This document shows, in pieces, positions 59,541 to 64,000 of a stretch of 64,000 bases of DNA (the stretch's first letter is position 1; the number at the start of each line of letters is the position of its first letter). Below the pieces are notes generated by a model. It ran no database searches. It was given only the letters and a program-made list of their open reading frames with translations, and had not been told where the DNA came from. Made by a program: the position numbers and the translations under genes. The DNA is from the human T2T-CHM13v2.0 reference genome, Homo sapiens: the NCBI RefSeq assembly GCF_009914755.1, contig NC_060934.1. The stretch is one strand, 5' to 3'.

Positions 59541-61757
59541 TCTTTTTCATCTGGACACACATACAAAAGTAATAGAGAACCAGTTTGATTTTTAAATTAA
59601 CGGGCTGTTATAGAGGACAAAAAAGATGATGAATGTCTGAAAATTCTACCATACCTGACTGTGGCATAATGTTAACCCTACACATAGTTATCATTTGGAA
59701 ACCCTAACAATGAAAAAAAAAAAAACAAATCCCTTTAATAGTTTTCTATGGTATCTATGCTTCAGTTAATGGTCACATAAAAGAGAAGAAGAAAATAATT
59801 GGTTGTCCTGAACTTTTCCAGCCATTAAATAATTTCCAAATTAAAAACACAGTTCAGTTTTTATCTCCTCTTATCTTAGACTGCTGGTATTATAGAAATG
59901 TCTGCACATATCATTTTTTGTTTTTACTTAGGCCTCTTACAATAACATTTATCTACTTCAGTAATTGTGTTTTTTTTCCATAACCACTCCATCAAATAGA
60001 TTTTATATATGTGTATTTACACATATAAATGGAAGCAAAGGTACTTTTATTTCATTCAACTTGAAAAGCTAGGTGTTGCAAATTGATTTGGTGTTATGTA
60101 ATAGAGGAAATTAATTTTATCTGTCTTGGGTTGCTTTTATACAGCATAATTGAATCTGAAAAATAATTGTGCATTGAGTAACTTCAAATGATTTTGCCTT
60201 TTTGTTTATGTTCTTTAACATAAACAGTATTCACAGTATAGAGATTTGCTAAATTCATTGTTAGGATTTAATTTCATTTATTTGTTTCATTGTAAAAAAG
60301 TGATGGATTCATAATTATACTCCCCAGAGTAAATGTAACTGGATCCATACATGAAACTAAAGGAAAGGTGAAAGAGTCTACCCAAAAATAACATGCTCAC
60401 CATCTTAACAAAAAGCAATTGCAAGAAATAACAAGATATGTAAGTTATCCCTATATTCTTAAAACAATGTACAAAGATTGGGCATGAAGCAAAATTGTCT
60501 CCCAAATAGGGATTTCATCTTTTCTCAGTTAGTGCAAAACACTGATACATCTCTGGGAAGCATTTGGAGCTATAGGCTGACCTGAATGATTTTCTCAAGA
60601 CTTGACCGACTTCTAAAACATTCACACATCCCTGATATTCAAACCAAATTATTAAGTGCACGAATGAATTCCTTTTAAGGACTTTATGCCTTGCTGTATG
60701 ACACTGATTATATTTAATATATTGATGGTGAGAAGAAAGCAGAAGGAAAAATCTTCCACCAGAGGAGATAGGGTCAAAATGTCACAGTTTAGAAGGATGA
60801 AATGAATTTTTTGTCCTACTTCAAATGTATCCAACCAAGTAATTTTTGACTAGTTTGTTGATTACCTGAAATCTTAATAGTTTCATTTCTGACATGTTTA
60901 CACAATTTTAGCAAAAATCAATGGGAATTATTTTAGGCATGTAAAAAAGATTTTTAAATATTTTGTTATTTCTAACAATGTCTTCTTTTGCCTTCACTAA
61001 AATTGCTTTATTTCTGTCAAGTCGATTTTTATTGAAAATATGTTTCTTATTAGCTCAAGAGATAAGTGTGTGTCTTCTCAGTTACCTGATGTTTTTGCCA
61101 CCTGGCTCAAGAGTACTAACCAAGAATTTTTCTCTGCTATAACTGTAGGCATTTGTTAAAAATGTCAGGCTGAGATACCATGGTACATACAAATTGGACA
61201 TATTGCTGGATACTCTGGAAGTAAGCTATAATCATGTTACACAAAATGTGTCTAGAAGCTAATGATTTGTCTAAAATTTTAGGGTATGATCTCATTAGTT
61301 TTAAAATATGTAACCTCTGAGCAGGAATATATTCTGTTACAACTATTCTCTTTTATGTTATTATAAAGCATTTACATTCACATCAATGTAGACTATTAGC
61401 ATCTCAACCAAGTCAACTGAAAAGTTTCAGGATATTGAGTAAGAATAATTCTATCTGGCACAATGGTAAATGTCAAAGTAGTAGTGACAACCAGTGTGTG
61501 ATGACATCGTATCTTTAGGTATGATCTAAAGATACCTAATTGCTTATTTGTTTCAATAAATTAGATAGATAATAGATAAATAATATACATATAATTACAG
61601 ATCTATTCATATACATACACATTCAATGTGTGCTATGTATGTCAGGGAAATTTCACATTTAGAATATTTGAGCTTTTATTTTATACTTTTAAGTAATCAT
61701 GACTATTGTTTGAACCTACACTTATTTCCTTTTCATCTTTCCAGTATAGTAGTTTTT

Positions 61758-62059
61758 TTGTTTTTTGTTTGTTTGTTTTTGAGACGGAGTCTTGCTCTGT
61801 CACCCAGGCTGGAGTGCAGTGGCATTATCTCGGCTCACTGCTATCTCCTCCTCCCAGTTCAAGCAATTCTCCTGCCACAGCCTCCTGAGTAGCTGGGATT
61901 ACAGGTGCGTGCCACCACTCCTGGCTAATTGTTATACTTTTAGAAGAGACGGGGTTTCACCATGTTGATCAGGCTGGTCTCGAACTCCTGACCTCATGAT
62001 CCATCCACCTGGGCCTCCCAAAGTGCTGGGATTACAGGCGTGAGCCACCACATCCGGCC
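61758..62059 (-). mobile_element. Alu (AluS-like)
   Basis: 16-bp TSD CAGTATAGTAGTTTTT at 61742-61757 and 62060-62075. Confidence 0.97.
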
Positions 62060-62098
62060 CAGTATAGTAGTTTTTGTGTGGAGGTTTTTATGTTAAAG

Positions 62099-62442
62099 CA
62101 GCAGTCCCCAACCTTTTTGGGACCAGGGACCAGTTTCATGGAAGACAATTTTTCCACAGAGCAGGGTTGGGGTGGGGGATGGCTTCAGGATGAAGTTGTT
62201 CCACCTCAGATCATCAGGCATTAGTTGGTCTCATAAGGAACATGCTACCTAGATCCCTCACATGCACAGTTCACAACAGGGTTCGCGCTCCTATAAGAAT
62301 CCCATGCCACTGCTGATCTGACAGGAGGCAGAGCTCAGGTGTTAACGCTCACTCATCTTCCACTCATCTCCTGCTGTGCAGTCCAGTTCCTAACAGGCCA
62401 CAGACCTGTACAGGTCCTTGGTTCAGGGGTTAGGGACCCCTG
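62099..62442. mobile_element. MER1B hAT-Charlie element, complete
   Basis: cagcagtccccaacc...gttagggacccctg; 8-bp TSD TGTTA(A/G)AG. Confidence 0.93.
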
Positions 62443-63359
62443 TGTTAGAGGACTAAAGTAAACAGATAGATGAGTAAACTATTTCTTGGATCCCATGTTC
62501 ATGGATCGATATTCAATTGCTATGCTATTCTTTTGAGCTTTCTTACCAAATAAAGCTGTGATTACAATTCAGAGGTTTAAAATAAACTGCATTAAAAGCA
62601 TAGGAAAAGCAATAAAGAAAATGGGTAATGGTCAAATAAAATCAGTGAAGTTTATCACTTAGTTTAAGATTTTGATATTGCATTATATTGCTCAATATTA
62701 CTTATATTGATCACTCATGGTTTCTATAGTATTCATTCCAATTGCTTAAAAGGAAAGATAATGAAGTTTTATTTTCAGAAAAAAAAACAAACTATTTTTT
62801 TGTAGAATAGATTAGTCTTCAAATATTTTGCTCAGAAATATCATTTAACTGATACCTAGGTTCACCTCCAATTTACTTTAACTAGTATTTTAAAATCTTT
62901 TTAAAATAATGTGCCTTATAAATGTAAAATGTAAGATAGAACTTATTAATTTTTAGCAGCATAACAGGTTTGGATAATTCTTTTCATGGTAAAGATATCT
63001 TGCCAAACTTCTTGTGGCTTTGATTTGTTCTGAACCACCAGAGACACTCCAGGCTCTTGACCCCAGTCCCCAGGCTCTTCATTAGTAACTACAGGATGGG
63101 ATTAGATGACAGATGAGATTAAATTTTCTTTAGAAACCCTTGATTTGTGAGATCTGACCTACCGAGAGAATCATGTTTCCATATAAGCACAGAGCATTTT
63201 CCCCACTAAGCCATTATATGAATTACCCCAAACTCTTTCCAGAAAAATGCTCTTGGAGTAGACTGAATAGGAGAAGGAATAGAGAGAGAGAATTTGGAGG
63301 GTCTGCACCAGAAAAAACATAACAGCAACTAACATGCCTGAAACGTTCCGTGTCTTGTA

Positions 63360-63530
63360 AGTCCTGCATTAAGTACTTTACGTGTATCCACCAATTTTAT
63401 CCCACTAATAATCTTATGATGGAGATTACTATTACCCTTGTTTTTAAATGGGGACACTGAGGCTTGGAGAGATTTAGTGCCCAGGTAATGAGTAGGAATG
63501 CTGGGGTATATCTCCTGTTCCCAACCATTA
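63360..63530 (-). mobile_element. MIR remnant
   Basis: ctattacccttgtttttaaatggggacactgaggcttggagag. Confidence 0.7.
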
Positions 63531-64000
63531 CAAGTAACTGACAAACTGTAATCTTTCTTCTATGTTCTTTGATTTAAAACAACAATAATAATAAGGAAAT
63601 GAAATCTTTGTTTTTAACTCCATGCTGGGGCCAGTGCCAATGCTCAACTGAGGCTGGAGCTCTGGTTCATAATTTTTTTTATGGTAAGTTTGTTTCCGGG
63701 CTTGTGTTTCGCATGATAAGTCTGCAAACTATTATTGAAGCAGTCTGGCTGGAAACCATTTTGTGTCCTATAATTTTTCTAATTTACCACAGTGGGAAAT
63801 AGAAAGGAGAGAGAGCACCAGGCTAGCCATCTGAAGACGGCCTTCTCTTTCTGTGTGGCCTTAGGCAAGTTATGTAGCCTATCTGGACCTCTTACCACGT
63901 CTATAATAAAAGATTAGATTACACAATTGCCTATGACACTGCAAACATTAACGTTTTGATTCTTCCTTTGGTCATAAATGACAACATAGGAACGTGGGGG

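Overview
AT-rich, CpG-depleted primate (human or great-ape) genomic DNA. I find no CpG island, no supportable host protein-coding exon and no tRNA, rRNA or CRISPR array. It reads as deep intronic or intergenic sequence, and I cannot name the locus. It is a patchwork of transposon fossils: about 15 Alu/FLAM/FRAM copies (many with visible target-site duplications, TSDs), three relatively young L1PA insertions, older L1M, L2 and MIR pieces, solo LTRs (MSTA-like, an ERV1 MER52/LTR9-group LTR, MLT1-like) and DNA-transposon relics (two MADE1, MER5, MER20, MER33, two MER58B, MER63, MER1B, Tigger2a). The long ORFs are L1 ORF2 remnants. The most notable structures are: (1) two 5'-inverted (twin-primed) L1s about 5 kb apart whose pieces form two concentric inverted-repeat pairs; (2) a MADE1 carrying an inverted copy of its own right flank, giving a 116-nt hairpin; (3) micro-duplications that created a perfect DR5/double-RORE site and a triple STAT5-type GAS array; (4) two MER58B copies far more alike than their age predicts; (5) several micro-exon or recursive-splice-like motifs. 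None is shown to be a new biological system; all are testable hypotheses. Repeat subfamily names come from recalled consensus sequences, not a database search.
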